A stretch of DNA of 64,000 nt from Ignavibacteriaceae bacterium (GCA_031292435.1 JARLHD010000054.1:560-64559); one strand, 5' to 3'. Counted from the stretch's first letter, positions 49,012 to 59,742 are shown. Numbers and translations: made by a program. Notes: generated by a model from the letters alone, not told the origin.

Positions 49012-50415
49012 TTAATTATAATGTCCTTTTGCAAACAAAACGACAAAAATTGTACGAAATAATATCTTAAAATCCATTCTTAAAGACATATTCTCTATAT
49101 AAAACAGATCATAACGTAGTTTTATTTTAACATCTTCAATAGTTTCGTCATATTTATGTTTAACCTGAGCCCAACCAGTGATTCCGGGCCTTACTTTTAA
49201 TCTCCTTTTGTAATAGGGGATCTCTTTTGAAAGCATTTCAACAAAATAAGGTCTTTCCGGGCGGGGGCCGACCAGGCTCATTTCGCCCCTCAATACATTT
49301 ACCATTTGTGGAATTTCATCAATTCGCACTTTTCGGATAATTTTTCCGATATGTGTAATTCTCGGATCATTCTTACTACTCCATACGGGCCCTGATTGTT
49401 TTTCCGCATCCTGGCACATTGATCGAAATTTTATCATTCTAAATACCGATCCTTCAATACCGCATCTTTCCTGCTTGAAAAAAGCAGATCCAGGACTTTC
49501 GATCTTAATAGCAAAGATTGTAAGTAATGAAACTGGGAATGAAATTAATAAAATAAAAAGGGAAACTAGAACATCTATAATTCTTTTTAATTTTTTTTCC
49601 CATTCAGGCATCAACTGTGGCATAATGTCAATTAAGGGGACACCATAGATTTGTGAAGTTCTCGCCTGACCGCTTAATATTTCATATAAATCAGGGACAA
49701 TTTTCAACCCGACTTTTTTTGAATCACATTCCGAGATAACGTCCACCAGGAGGTCGTGATTATCTTTATCTAAAGCGATGATAACCTCCTTTGCGTTGTA
49801 AGTATCAATCATTGAGGTCAAGTCACTGATTACCCCAATAACTTTAACTCCTTTATATGATTTATCTAAATCATTGGGGTAGACAGAGGCATAAGCTGCA
49901 GCATCAAGACCAAGGGCTCTGTGTTTACTAATCTGGTCATGAATTTCATGGGCGATGGTATTAAAACCAACAATAATAACATTTCTTCTTCCTATTCCTT
50001 TGATTATGAGGCTGCGTTGTAAACTTCTTATAAAAAGCCTACCGCCTCCGACAAAAAACAAGAAAACTCCCCAATAGATAAAAATCAGTATTCTTGATTT
50101 AGAATCGACGCCATGATAAAAATCATCAAGAAAGATGAGGAAGAAGAGGATAAATATTCCTACAAAAGTTGATTTAAATAATGTAGTAAGTTCATCGAAG
50201 CGGGAGGATGCAAACCACGTCCTGTACATACCAACAAAGGTAAATATGACAAGCCAATAGATGAATAAAACCAGCATTGGGATTAAGAATTCCGGAAGGA
50301 TAAGGATATCAAACCAGCCGGTTTTGATCCTGAGGATGAAATAAATAAGGAAAGAAAGATTTATGAAAAGAAAATCCGAGATTAAAATTATTACTTTAAA
50401 AGTTTTTTTATCCAT
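49012..50415 (-). CDS. Undecaprenyl-phosphate sugar phosphotransferase (WbaP/EpsB-like initiating PGT)
   Basis: N-terminal TM helices and a Rossmann-like linker. Complete catalytic domain: 'KRIIDVLVSL', 'FKQERCG..G..F.MIKFRSM', 'RIDEIPQMVNVLRGEMSLVGPRPE', 'RPGITGWAQV'. Confidence 0.88.
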   Translation of the reverse strand: MDKKTFKVIILISDFLFINLSFLIYFILRIKTGWFDILILPEFLIPMLVLFIYWLVIFTFVGMYRTWFASSRFDELTTLFKSTFVGIFILFFLIFLDDFYHGVDSKSRILIFIYWGVFLFFVGGGRLFIRSLQRSLIIKGIGRRNVIIVGFNTIAHEIHDQISKHRALGLDAAAYASVYPNDLDKSYKGVKVIGVISDLTSMIDTYNAKEVIIALDKDNHDLLVDVISECDSKKVGLKIVPDLYEILSGQARTSQIYGVPLIDIMPQLMPEWEKKLKRIIDVLVSLFILLISFPVSLLTIFAIKIESPGSAFFKQERCGIEGSVFRMIKFRSMCQDAEKQSGPVWSSKNDPRITHIGKIIRKVRIDEIPQMVNVLRGEMSLVGPRPERPYFVEMLSKEIPYYKRRLKVRPGITGWAQVKHKYDETIEDVKIKLRYDLFYIENMSLRMDFKILFRTIFVVLFAKGHYN

Positions 50416-50416
50416 C

Positions 50417-51571
50417 TTATCGCGGAATTGGCTGCCAGAATGGCGTTTGTTTTTTAAGAATAAAGTTTATCATCCCTATTAACATAGCCAAATTTGTCAT
50501 TGAGAAATAGAATGGAATTGTGAAAATCTTATTTTTGACTATAGCTTTTCTTTTTATAAATCCTATAAAAGAAAGTGAATAAAATACAATTTGAGCAAAA
50601 AGAAACATTTGGAAAATAAATCCATTCCATAGAATTATATTTAAGAAAAAAATAATTAACAAGAAAATAGGGGTCATCCATCGTAATATTTTATGAGACC
50701 AGAAAGCATAGGATAACAATAAGTTTCTATTTAATAATAAATCTTTAAAGTGAAACATCGTTTCGAAATTTGTTGATGAAAACCTTGTTTTTCTGTTAAA
50801 TTCGTGAATTATTTCATACCCAACATCCTCTAACCCAAAAGCATCATATTCATATGAAAATTTATATTTCTGCTGATGGATCATTAGAGTAATGAAAATA
50901 TCATCAGTAATGGGTTTTATATCAGGTAATGGTTTGAAAAGAATTCTTCTAATTGCAAATATTCCACCATTTGCTCCTATTAAAACGCCACACCTACCCT
51001 CATATTTTTTTATAAAAGTTTCATATTCCCAATAACTTTTTTCTTCAACACTCTCATTTAGTTTGGTTTTAGGTTCTGATAAAACTAATCTCCCGCAAAC
51101 CCCTCCTATCTTCTTATCCCCGAATTGTCTGATCAAGTTCTTTAATGAATTTGCATCAAAAATCGTATTTGCATCTGTAAATACAATTATTTCATTTTTT
51201 GATTTTGCAAGTAGGTCATTAATAACAGAAACCTTTCCCCTTCTTGAAGCAAATAAATTTACAGATAACCATGGATATTTATTCTGCATGTCAATAAGGA
51301 TACTATTTGTTTTGTCAGTTGAGCCATCTGAACCTATAAGTACCTCAAGGTTATTAAAATCGTAAATAAGATTAGAGATATTTATGATTCGATCTCTTAT
51401 AACTTTCTCTTCATTGAACGCTGAAATTATGATGGAGATGCTGTAATTATGATCAGTTAGATTATTATTTCCCTTAAAAAAGTGAGATATAAAGAAAATC
51501 ACCACGGGATAGATAAAATAATTATGTACAAGAATTAAAACTATTGACCAAAAAAGAATATTTGTTAACAT
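50417..51571 (-). CDS. Membrane-embedded GT2 glycosyltransferase with synthase-like features
   Basis: One N-terminal TM helix. 'IIISAFNEE', 'GSDGSTDKT', 'FTDANT'. C-terminal TM bundle preceded by 'HKILRW', which resembles the QxxRW motif of processive GT2 synthases. Confidence 0.7.
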   Translation of the reverse strand: MLTNILFWSIVLILVHNYFIYPVVIFFISHFFKGNNNLTDHNYSISIIISAFNEEKVIRDRIINISNLIYDFNNLEVLIGSDGSTDKTNSILIDMQNKYPWLSVNLFASRRGKVSVINDLLAKSKNEIIVFTDANTIFDANSLKNLIRQFGDKKIGGVCGRLVLSEPKTKLNESVEEKSYWEYETFIKKYEGRCGVLIGANGGIFAIRRILFKPLPDIKPITDDIFITLMIHQQKYKFSYEYDAFGLEDVGYEIIHEFNRKTRFSSTNFETMFHFKDLLLNRNLLLSYAFWSHKILRWMTPIFLLIIFFLNIILWNGFIFQMFLFAQIVFYSLSFIGFIKRKAIVKNKIFTIPFYFSMTNLAMLIGMINFILKKQTPFWQPIPR

Positions 51572-51650
51572 CTAAAGCATATGTAAAAATATAGAAGCAA
51601 ATTAGGCTTTTTTAGGGAGTTATTAAAACATAAAACTAAAAATAACACAG

Positions 51651-52577
51651 TTAATTATTTATGGTATAATAAATCATTAGGCCATCAATATAACCTCTCC
51701 ATAATTCTCTAAAAGATTTGATCGTGGTATTTCTTTTTTCTTTATTATAAATTATTCCTTTGACCAGGAATATGGATTTAGCCATAACATTTAAAGTTGA
51801 AAAGATAATCACATAAATTCTGAATGGCCACTTACTTTCCTTAAATAATAACAACCTGTTTCTAGTGTAATAATAATTATAATTTGGTCCAAACTCTTCC
51901 CAAGTTTTTCCAGCCCCACTAGTATGATAAATGATTGATTCACAACTATAAAATAATTTGTACTTTTCTCTTACGCGCAGAGAAAAATCCACATCTTCGA
52001 AATACATAAAATATTTTTCATTCATAAATCCAATAGTTTGAAATACTTCACTTTTAATCAACATACAGCATCCTTCTGCTAAGGTAATTTCCCTGTTTTC
52101 ATTTCCATATTTCGAAAACTCTTTACCTTTATACCCAGAAACCCCTCCACATAAAATTTTATCTATTCTTCCGCCAGCACAATATATTATTTCTTTCTTA
52201 TCAGTATAGCCAACTTTTGGAGATACAATACCGATTTTATTATCTGCATTAAACGTTCTTAACATTGGTTCAAGAAAATTTTCAGTTACTATAATATCAT
52301 TGTTCATGAGCAGAATATATTGCGCATTGTTTTTTAACGCAAATACAGCCCCTATATTCATTCCGGCAGCATAACCCCCATTATGTGTTGAAACAATTAT
52401 TTCCAGCCATGGAAAAGTTTTTTTTAATTCGCTTATGCTGAAATCTGTAGAAGCATTATCAACAACGACAATTTTAAGATTATCGTAGGATATTTTTTTC
52501 AACGAATTAATACATTTCCTACAATCATCAAATCCGTTATAGTTTAATATTACTGCATAAACAAGTGGGTTACTCAA
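51651..52577 (-). CDS. GT2 glycosyltransferase (rhamnosyltransferase-like)
   Basis: 'YAVILNYNG', 'IVVVDNASTD', 'LLMNNDI' and 'YFEDVDF' motifs. Confidence 0.75.
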   Translation of the reverse strand: MSNPLVYAVILNYNGFDDCRKCINSLKKISYDNLKIVVVDNASTDFSISELKKTFPWLEIIVSTHNGGYAAGMNIGAVFALKNNAQYILLMNNDIIVTENFLEPMLRTFNADNKIGIVSPKVGYTDKKEIIYCAGGRIDKILCGGVSGYKGKEFSKYGNENREITLAEGCCMLIKSEVFQTIGFMNEKYFMYFEDVDFSLRVREKYKLFYSCESIIYHTSGAGKTWEEFGPNYNYYYTRNRLLLFKESKWPFRIYVIIFSTLNVMAKSIFLVKGIIYNKEKRNTTIKSFRELWRGYIDGLMIYYTINN

Positions 52578-52579
52578 AC

Positions 52580-53536
52580 TTAAGTCTCATAATAGCTAAT
52601 AAACTCCATCCCATTACCCTTGTAGAAGTTTTTATTGTAATAATCTCTGATCCCTATCCGGGCTGCTTTATAAAAATTTTTATTGAACAATTTCCAATAG
52701 ATTAGCTTTAGAGCAATTACAGTTATAAAATAAGCGGTTGAAATTATTCTTAACAATCCTTTATTCATCTGGCTAATTAATAAAAGCCTGTTTCGTACGG
52801 AATAATATAATTTGAAAGGGCTTTCAGTTTCCCCCAGAATTTTATGGTAAATGACTGCTTTGGGAATAAACAATAAACTGAGTCCCATTGTCTTTGCCCT
52901 GCTAGAAAGTTCAATGTCATCAAGATACATGAAATATCTTTCGTCTTCCAACCCGATTACTTTTAAAGCCTCGGAACGGAATAATATCATGCAGCCAGTT
53001 ATAAAATCAACATATCGACTGTTGACATCAGTAATTAGGTCTCTTGACTGACCTTTCAGGGAATGAACAGCTAACCCCCTGAGGTGATTTAATGTACCTC
53101 CTGCATACCATATGGTTTTTCTATCATGTTCTGCAAGAATTAATCCACATGATGCAACTGCTTTTTTATGATTTTGCATTTCATTGACCATACAATCCAA
53201 AAAATCAGGCTCTGTAATTGTATCATTATTTAAAATCAAAATGTATTCCGGATTTATTTCCATTGCTTTTTGGATACCATAATTAGTACCGCCTGTGTAA
53301 CCCAGATTTTTTTCGGTAGAAAAGTATATAATCTCAGGAGAGTCTTGGCATGGTTCTTCCTTTTTGAAAGAAAACTCTTTATTAAAGATGCTATCAGAAT
53401 TATCAGTGGATTTATTATCAATTAATATTATCATGAAATTCTGATAGGTCAGTTTTTTTAATGAATTAATACATTCTAACGTATCTATTGGTCTATTGTA
53501 ATTTAAAAGAATAATAATCACTCTAGGTTGATTCAT
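52580..53536 (-). CDS. GT2 glycosyltransferase
   Basis: 'VIIILLNYN', 'IILIDNKSTDNS', 'ILNNDT' and 'YLDDIEL' motifs. Confidence 0.75.
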   Translation of the reverse strand: MNQPRVIIILLNYNRPIDTLECINSLKKLTYQNFMIILIDNKSTDNSDSIFNKEFSFKKEEPCQDSPEIIYFSTEKNLGYTGGTNYGIQKAMEINPEYILILNNDTITEPDFLDCMVNEMQNHKKAVASCGLILAEHDRKTIWYAGGTLNHLRGLAVHSLKGQSRDLITDVNSRYVDFITGCMILFRSEALKVIGLEDERYFMYLDDIELSSRAKTMGLSLLFIPKAVIYHKILGETESPFKLYYSVRNRLLLISQMNKGLLRIISTAYFITVIALKLIYWKLFNKNFYKAARIGIRDYYNKNFYKGNGMEFISYYET

Positions 53537-53564
53537 ATATTTTTAATATAATAAATGAATAGTA

Positions 53565-54368
53565 TTAATTTTTTTGACCATATTTAATTCTAATCTCATC
53601 CAATTTATTCAATACGTTGTCTTCGTTCGAATCAGGAATATTTTCAACTATAGATCCATTTTTTTTCTTAAAATGCCAACTATAGTATTTATACCGAATC
53701 CTGAAAAATAGTAAGTTTTGTCTTATAATACTGTTTTGCAGAAATGGATCCTGGTCTGAGAGATATAGATAACTTTCAGCAAGGTCAGGGAACCATCTAA
53801 ACGGCGGATTATAGCCACAATTGATAATTTGCAATGTATGATCAAGATGTTCATATGCATTTTTATAAAAGGGATCCAATAGCCCTACATGCCTTAATAA
53901 TTCCGAAGTGTAAAATGAAAAAGCACCGGCTAAATGCGAGTTCAGGCTTATATTTATTTCGCCGCCATAATTTACTACCTTTCTTGGTTTTGGTGCACCA
54001 TTTGCATCCTTGTTAGCCGGTCCATGGTAAGCAAAATTTAGATGTTTCAACCCAGTAACAATTGAAGCCGCTATATACTTATCAAAGACAATAGGATCTT
54101 TAATAATTATGTCATCTTCCATCAAAAAGATATAGTCGCAATCCTTTTTTAAAAGATAAGTTAATGCTTCATTCTTAGAAATACCGACGCCTTTGTTTTT
54201 TTTATGCTGAATGATTTCTCCATGAAAACCTGAATATGCAGAATCAGCATATGGAAGTCCATCATTAATAACAATCATTGAATTAAGTTGAGGCAAGGAC
54301 ATAATACATTTCTCAAATAATTGCTGTCTATTACACGTTATAACACCTAAACCAATTTTGTTATTCAT
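53565..54368 (-). CDS. GT-A fold glycosyltransferase (GT2-like)
   Basis: 'GLGVITCNR', 'VINDG', 'KNKGVGISKN' and 'FLMEDDIII' (DxD-type) motifs. Confidence 0.55.
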   Translation of the reverse strand: MNNKIGLGVITCNRQQLFEKCIMSLPQLNSMIVINDGLPYADSAYSGFHGEIIQHKKNKGVGISKNEALTYLLKKDCDYIFLMEDDIIIKDPIVFDKYIAASIVTGLKHLNFAYHGPANKDANGAPKPRKVVNYGGEINISLNSHLAGAFSFYTSELLRHVGLLDPFYKNAYEHLDHTLQIINCGYNPPFRWFPDLAESYLYLSDQDPFLQNSIIRQNLLFFRIRYKYYSWHFKKKNGSIVENIPDSNEDNVLNKLDEIRIKYGQKN

Positions 54369-55357
54369 AGCTTTAGTAGATGTTCGTATTGATTTGTCAG
54401 CAAATAATTAGATTTCCCAGAATATCTCTTACAATATTTTATCGCATTCCCAATACTGCCTTTATTTTCTTCAATAACTGAGCCGATTACGATCCAAGTA
54501 ATCAAAGAAGGAATCTGGAATCTGGAGTTTAGTTTACGCAGAACTAACCGAAAGCTGCGCAGAACAACTGATGGAAGGGAATATACTATGCGAATTAAAA
54601 ATGATAATGATTTTAATTTATTAAAAGATAATAGGGTAATATATCTTCTAATATATTTTAATTGGATCTCAGAAACTTCCTTAACGGTACTCTCAATATC
54701 CTGATATTCTTTATTAGAATTATTATTTGATTTGTAATAGCTTCCCAATATTCCAGGAACTCTTTTAAGTATATATTTTTCAGATACCTGCAAAACGAAA
54801 TCATAATCTCCCGCCACTTCATATTCTTCGTTGAACCATATATTATCGCGGAAATGGATTTTAGATTGCCACATTGACTGAGGACCAGCAAGATACTCTG
54901 ATAACAACAATATTTTAGAATAGTTTAAGTGTTTGAGTACCTTATGTTTTGTTTTTGCAGAATAACTTTCGTTCGGAACAGAAGTAACATACTGATCAGC
55001 ATATACCATTCCGATTTCACTATTTGATTCCAAGACTGAAGATAGAATTTCAAGCGCATCATATCTCAACCGATCATCGGTATTGGAATTAGTAATATAT
55101 TTCCCATGAGCAATTCTAATACCTCTATTCCATGCCTTATATATGGTTTCCCTGTCCTTAGTCCTGATAGATATAATATTTTTATATTTCTCAGTGTAGG
55201 GAGTAATTATTTCGTCTTCTTTTTGTTCAGAGCCACTATTTATTATGATTATCTCAAGCTTTTCAAAAATTGATTGATTAAGAAGATCTTCAATCTTTCC
55301 TTTGATGAAAAATTCAGAATTATAAGTTGATATTATTACTGATACTAATGGATTCAT
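54365..55357 (-). CDS. GT2 glycosyltransferase
   Basis: 'VSVIISTYNSE', 'EIIIINSGSE' and 'TNSNTDD' motifs. ATGA overlap with the downstream gene and a 1-nt TAATG overlap with the upstream wzx-like gene. Confidence 0.7.
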   Translation of the reverse strand: MNPLVSVIISTYNSEFFIKGKIEDLLNQSIFEKLEIIIINSGSEQKEDEIITPYTEKYKNIISIRTKDRETIYKAWNRGIRIAHGKYITNSNTDDRLRYDALEILSSVLESNSEIGMVYADQYVTSVPNESYSAKTKHKVLKHLNYSKILLLSEYLAGPQSMWQSKIHFRDNIWFNEEYEVAGDYDFVLQVSEKYILKRVPGILGSYYKSNNNSNKEYQDIESTVKEVSEIQLKYIRRYITLLSFNKLKSLSFLIRIVYSLPSVVLRSFRLVLRKLNSRFQIPSLITWIVIGSVIEENKGSIGNAIKYCKRYSGKSNYLLTNQYEHLLKL

Positions 55358-56871
55358 TAGTTTATTATTAATATTCGGGAAATGAGTTTTTGTAAATAAT
55401 TATCACCAATATACTTATTGACATCATTTTTATTAAATATTTTAAATAATCTGAATAACAGAACCGACAACAGAGTAAAGAAAACCGGGAAGAATAAAAG
55501 CTTTATCAAAGTGCCTGTTATGAGGTTATTAACAAATATTCCTGCTATTAGCATAGACACCATTATTGTTAAATACTTTATCAACTGGGAAATATTATTG
55601 AAGATCAGACTATTTAATAATATATGCTGGAAATAGAGGCATATTACTACTGAAACTAAAATAGCTACTGAATTACTGAGTATTATGGCATAGTAACCAA
55701 GTAATTTATAAAAGCTAAGAAAAACAATTCCATTCACAAGGACATTAGAAATCTGTGTCACTACAGTTTTTCCAGGATGCCCCTTAGCCTGAAGATATTG
55801 GTAAATTGGAACCACCAACAGAGTTCCCAAATATGCTGAAGTAATAAATATTATACTGGTTGAAATAAATTCCACATCCCGTTTCAGCCATAATTCGATA
55901 AAGGGTTTAGTGCAGAAAATAACAGTGCAAAGAATTGGTATTAAAAGGAATGCTATTTTTTGTTCAACATCATTGATAAAGGCTTTGATCTTATCGATAT
56001 CAGTTAGTTGAGCAAGGAATGGGAAGATCGGGTATAAGAAGCGTAATATTAAATTCCAAACCTGATTCTTTACTCTTAAACTTATATCAAGAATACCTAC
56101 GGCTCCGACTCCTACAAAATGCGATAATAATATTTTAGAAAATGGTTCATAAAAGAAATTGATTACACCAGTAAGATAAAGTTTAAGACTATATGAGAGC
56201 TGTTTTTTGACATGTGGTTTAAGAGCTTTACTAAAACCAGCAAATTTTAATCTACCCCAACTTTTTAACGAAATAACAGTTACTGACATAAACCAAATCA
56301 TTGATGCAAAGAGAAAGCCCCATCCAATCATTTTCAGATCATTAAAAAGAGTAATTGAAAGAAGGAGTAGGCCCCAATACAGAAAATTGTAAACAGTCTG
56401 AAGAATGTTTGTTATATAAATTTTCTGTTGTGCATCCAAAATAGCTGTGGATATTTGCCCTATAAATATGGGTACATTAGCGATTAATACTAATTTATAT
56501 AAAATCACAGTATCGGAATTGAAATACTTTAATGGAATTTTCAGAATTGTAATAAGAATAAATTCATTAAAATACAGACATAACAAAGTCAACGGGATAA
56601 GGAATACCAGAAGAATTAAATATGCGACAAGGATATCATGATCTGATTCAACACATTTGCCCTGCTCAGCCAAATATTTAATCAAAACAGCATTTAATCC
56701 AAGATTTATAAAAGTATTCAGATTCCCTATTAATAGAATTAAAGAGAAAACGCCATATAACTCAATACCGAGCTTATTTATAAAGACGGGGAGAATAAAA
56801 AAGATAAAGACAGTTGCAATAATGAATTGAGCTGCCCCAGAAATAGAATTGATATAGAAAGTTTTACGCAT
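55357..56871 (-). CDS. wzx: Oligosaccharide-unit flippase (Wzx-like, MOP superfamily)
   Basis: 504 aa, about 12-14 TM segments, located inside the glycosyltransferase cluster. Confidence 0.65.
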   Translation of the reverse strand: MRKTFYINSISGAAQFIIATVFIFFILPVFINKLGIELYGVFSLILLIGNLNTFINLGLNAVLIKYLAEQGKCVESDHDILVAYLILLVFLIPLTLLCLYFNEFILITILKIPLKYFNSDTVILYKLVLIANVPIFIGQISTAILDAQQKIYITNILQTVYNFLYWGLLLLSITLFNDLKMIGWGFLFASMIWFMSVTVISLKSWGRLKFAGFSKALKPHVKKQLSYSLKLYLTGVINFFYEPFSKILLSHFVGVGAVGILDISLRVKNQVWNLILRFLYPIFPFLAQLTDIDKIKAFINDVEQKIAFLLIPILCTVIFCTKPFIELWLKRDVEFISTSIIFITSAYLGTLLVVPIYQYLQAKGHPGKTVVTQISNVLVNGIVFLSFYKLLGYYAIILSNSVAILVSVVICLYFQHILLNSLIFNNISQLIKYLTIMVSMLIAGIFVNNLITGTLIKLLFFPVFFTLLSVLLFRLFKIFNKNDVNKYIGDNYLQKLISRILIIN

Positions 56872-56971
56872 TTATAATCAGATTAATTCATTCTTTTTTA
56901 TTTATAAAAACTAAATTAAACTAATCTGCTTTTATAGATTCTAACCTTCTGAAGTCAGATTCAATAAAATA

Positions 56972-58366
56972 CTAGTTCAGTTTAATTACTGTATTCTGTT
57001 TTGATATAATTCTATTGTTAGCAGCTGAAAAACCCAGAATTATACTCCATAAAACCAAGCCATGACCCCATAACCATGCATCCGTTATTATCATCGAAAG
57101 AATGATATATACTGAGGAAAACATTAAAAGCAGAGAATATTTTTTCTGCTCCCTTGTCAATGCATACTTTAGATTCCGGTTATTTAACCGAATCATATTG
57201 AAAATCAGGTATATGAAACCTGCAAATCCTATAACCCCGGTCTCTGTAAGTGTAGCAAAAAAGGTTTCGTGAGGAGTTAATGTTTTAACATACCGGTTGT
57301 ATAATAACGTCGGGAAATTATAATAATTTTGCGAGACATATGGGAAAGTATATATTCCCGTACCGGTGACAGGATATCTTTTAAACGCATTCAGAGCTGT
57401 ATCCCAAATTAATAATCTAGTAATAAGAGAACTCTGGACATCAACATTCTCAATATTTTGTTCAGTATCAGTTATTTTTCGTGAAGATAAACTTTTATTT
57501 ACGGAAAATGTATAGATAGAGAAAAATGCAAAAGAAAGGACGAGGAATGAGAATATTAAGATAAGATGAGTCCTGTTTACAGCGAATTTTTTATATTGAA
57601 AGAAAACGAATATAAATAGAAGAGTTATACAAATCCCGGTAGCCAGCCATACCCCCCTGGTTTGAGTTAAGATCATTGCAACACCCATTATAATCACTAC
57701 AGGAATCAGCAATAGTTTTTTCTTTTTATCTGCAAGTAAGGAAAGGACTGCGAGCTGGGATAAACCTATGCCTGCATAATCCACAAACATAATTCCAGCA
57801 AAGCCAAAAGATCTTCTCCCACCCAATCCCCCGGCAATAATACTAATTCCATTTATAATAGCTAAAAATATAAATAAATAGATATAGGTTTTTAGTCTAT
57901 CGTAATTATTGACAAAAATCAGTGTAGAATAAAATATTGTAAAAAAAGCTATGAGATTTAAGGACTTGTACAAGCTCATGTCCAATCTCTGGGAAAATAT
58001 ATAAGAACCAAGTATGCTTATTAAATAGACGATAAAGGGAATATTCATCGGATTTGAAAATTCAGATAGATTTATCCGTCGATGAGTTAATAGGAAGGAA
58101 GCTAATAATAAATAAGAGAAATAAACCGAAGCATAAAATTCTACTACCATAGGGAAAAAGAGACTTGCAATCAGAATCCCATACATTACCCTATAATTCA
58201 TTACTAGTAGGATCAGTAATGGTGATAGTATTACAAATATAGTTGCAACCACCTTAAAATGAAAAGTACTTATAAGCAGCAGGGAGATACAAATAACCAA
58301 AGGGATAATAAGAATAACAGCGATTACTTCAGACAGCCTGATCTTATTTATTGATCCGTTCATCAA
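56972..58366 (-). CDS. O-antigen polymerase/ligase-family membrane protein (Wzy-like)
   Basis: 464 aa polytopic protein with a larger loop region in the C-terminal half. Sits between the Wzz-like and Wzx-like genes. No strict motif can be checked by eye. Confidence 0.55.
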   Translation of the reverse strand: MMNGSINKIRLSEVIAVILIIPLVICISLLLISTFHFKVVATIFVILSPLLILLVMNYRVMYGILIASLFFPMVVEFYASVYFSYLLLASFLLTHRRINLSEFSNPMNIPFIVYLISILGSYIFSQRLDMSLYKSLNLIAFFTIFYSTLIFVNNYDRLKTYIYLFIFLAIINGISIIAGGLGGRRSFGFAGIMFVDYAGIGLSQLAVLSLLADKKKKLLLIPVVIIMGVAMILTQTRGVWLATGICITLLFIFVFFQYKKFAVNRTHLILIFSFLVLSFAFFSIYTFSVNKSLSSRKITDTEQNIENVDVQSSLITRLLIWDTALNAFKRYPVTGTGIYTFPYVSQNYYNFPTLLYNRYVKTLTPHETFFATLTETGVIGFAGFIYLIFNMIRLNNRNLKYALTREQKKYSLLLMFSSVYIILSMIITDAWLWGHGLVLWSIILGFSAANNRIISKQNTVIKLN

Positions 58367-58373
58367 CTTGAAA

Positions 58374-59540
58374 TTATACCTTTCTGAATTTGAACAACTC
58401 TTTTCGCAGGTAGATAATTTTCTCGTTCGTGGAATTTTTTACTACTTCATTTATTGAAGCTATTACAAAAATCAATAGTGAGGTAAAGAATGCAATCAGC
58501 AAAGATATTAAGACTCTTTGCGGGTATGATTTCTTTTCGGGAGGGACTGCTCTATCGATAACCTGAAGAACGGGGATATTTTTTTCTTCATCAAACTTAG
58601 CTTCTTCCAATAATGGAACAATAAACTCAAGCATAGTATTATTCATTTTAATATCCCGAACTAATCTGAGATAAGCCATAGCATTATCAGGTAAAGAGTT
58701 AATAGGTAAGAGCAGATTATCGCCTGAATTATTATTTTTCAATGATTTCATTTGTGAAGCATATTCATTATATGATATTTGAGCATTCTTTGTAATAGGA
58801 GCATCAGTTCCATATATCTTTTGAAATATTGATAATTCTAATTGTTTGACAGCCAGATCAGATTCAAGTTTTGAATAAGTATCAATCATAGCTTTTGTTT
58901 GGTCTGTAGCAGAATAGAATTTAGATTTTTGTTCAAATAATTTCAAGGAATCTTCTGATGATGCTAAGGTTTGCTTTATCTCTTCATACCTTTTTTCAAT
59001 AAAAATGCGGTTATCACGGGACTTCTGAACATTTAATTCTATTAAGGTATTATTCAGCTGGTCAATAATATAATTTGTCATATCGGCAGCTTTTTGGGGA
59101 GAACTAGCCCGTACTCTTATAGAATAAGATCCGGATTCAGATTCATCATTAGTACTTATATTTTGGACCAATTCTTTTAATGTTTTTTCCTGACTATGAA
59201 GATTATATTCTTTATACAGGTCGAATTTATTTATTATTTTTTCAAGGTTTGTTCTGCTTAAAACTATAGTATTATAAAGGCTTACACCTGAAGTTTTACC
59301 CATACCTGACATATTTAAGGGTAATCCGGAGAAATTTTTAATAAGTGAAGCGATACCACTTACTCCCTGTGACTCAGAAGGAATAATAACTGCCTGCGCA
59401 TCAAATTTTTCCGGAATAAACAGATAAATTGCAACATAGGAAACAACAAAAACAGTTAAAAAGATAATAATTAATTTCATTTTCCAATTATTAAGGAAAA
59501 TCAAATAATCCAATAAATCTATCTGTTTGTATTCAGCCAT
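58374..59540 (-). CDS. Polysaccharide chain-length determinant (Wzz/PCP family, no kinase domain)
   Basis: Start trimmed to Met18 ('MAEYKQIDLLDYLIFL'). N-terminal and C-terminal TM helices flank a long coiled-coil-rich soluble domain. Confidence 0.7.
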   Translation of the reverse strand: MAEYKQIDLLDYLIFLNNWKMKLIIIFLTVFVVSYVAIYLFIPEKFDAQAVIIPSESQGVSGIASLIKNFSGLPLNMSGMGKTSGVSLYNTIVLSRTNLEKIINKFDLYKEYNLHSQEKTLKELVQNISTNDESESGSYSIRVRASSPQKAADMTNYIIDQLNNTLIELNVQKSRDNRIFIEKRYEEIKQTLASSEDSLKLFEQKSKFYSATDQTKAMIDTYSKLESDLAVKQLELSIFQKIYGTDAPITKNAQISYNEYASQMKSLKNNNSGDNLLLPINSLPDNAMAYLRLVRDIKMNNTMLEFIVPLLEEAKFDEEKNIPVLQVIDRAVPPEKKSYPQRVLISLLIAFFTSLLIFVIASINEVVKNSTNEKIIYLRKELFKFRKV

Positions 59541-59742
59541 ATAAGTTTCTGTTAATTTTGAGACATAAAATTTACACAAATTATCTATCAAATATAGGAT
59601 AAATTGTTATGATTTAAATATTTGAACCTATGTTATATTTTATCCATTAAGTAAGAGGACATTTGAATATAATAGCAGAGAAATGTTGAAATATTTAAGG
59701 GGGAACATTGTTTATGCTGCAAGTTTAAGTTGAGAATTCTTA

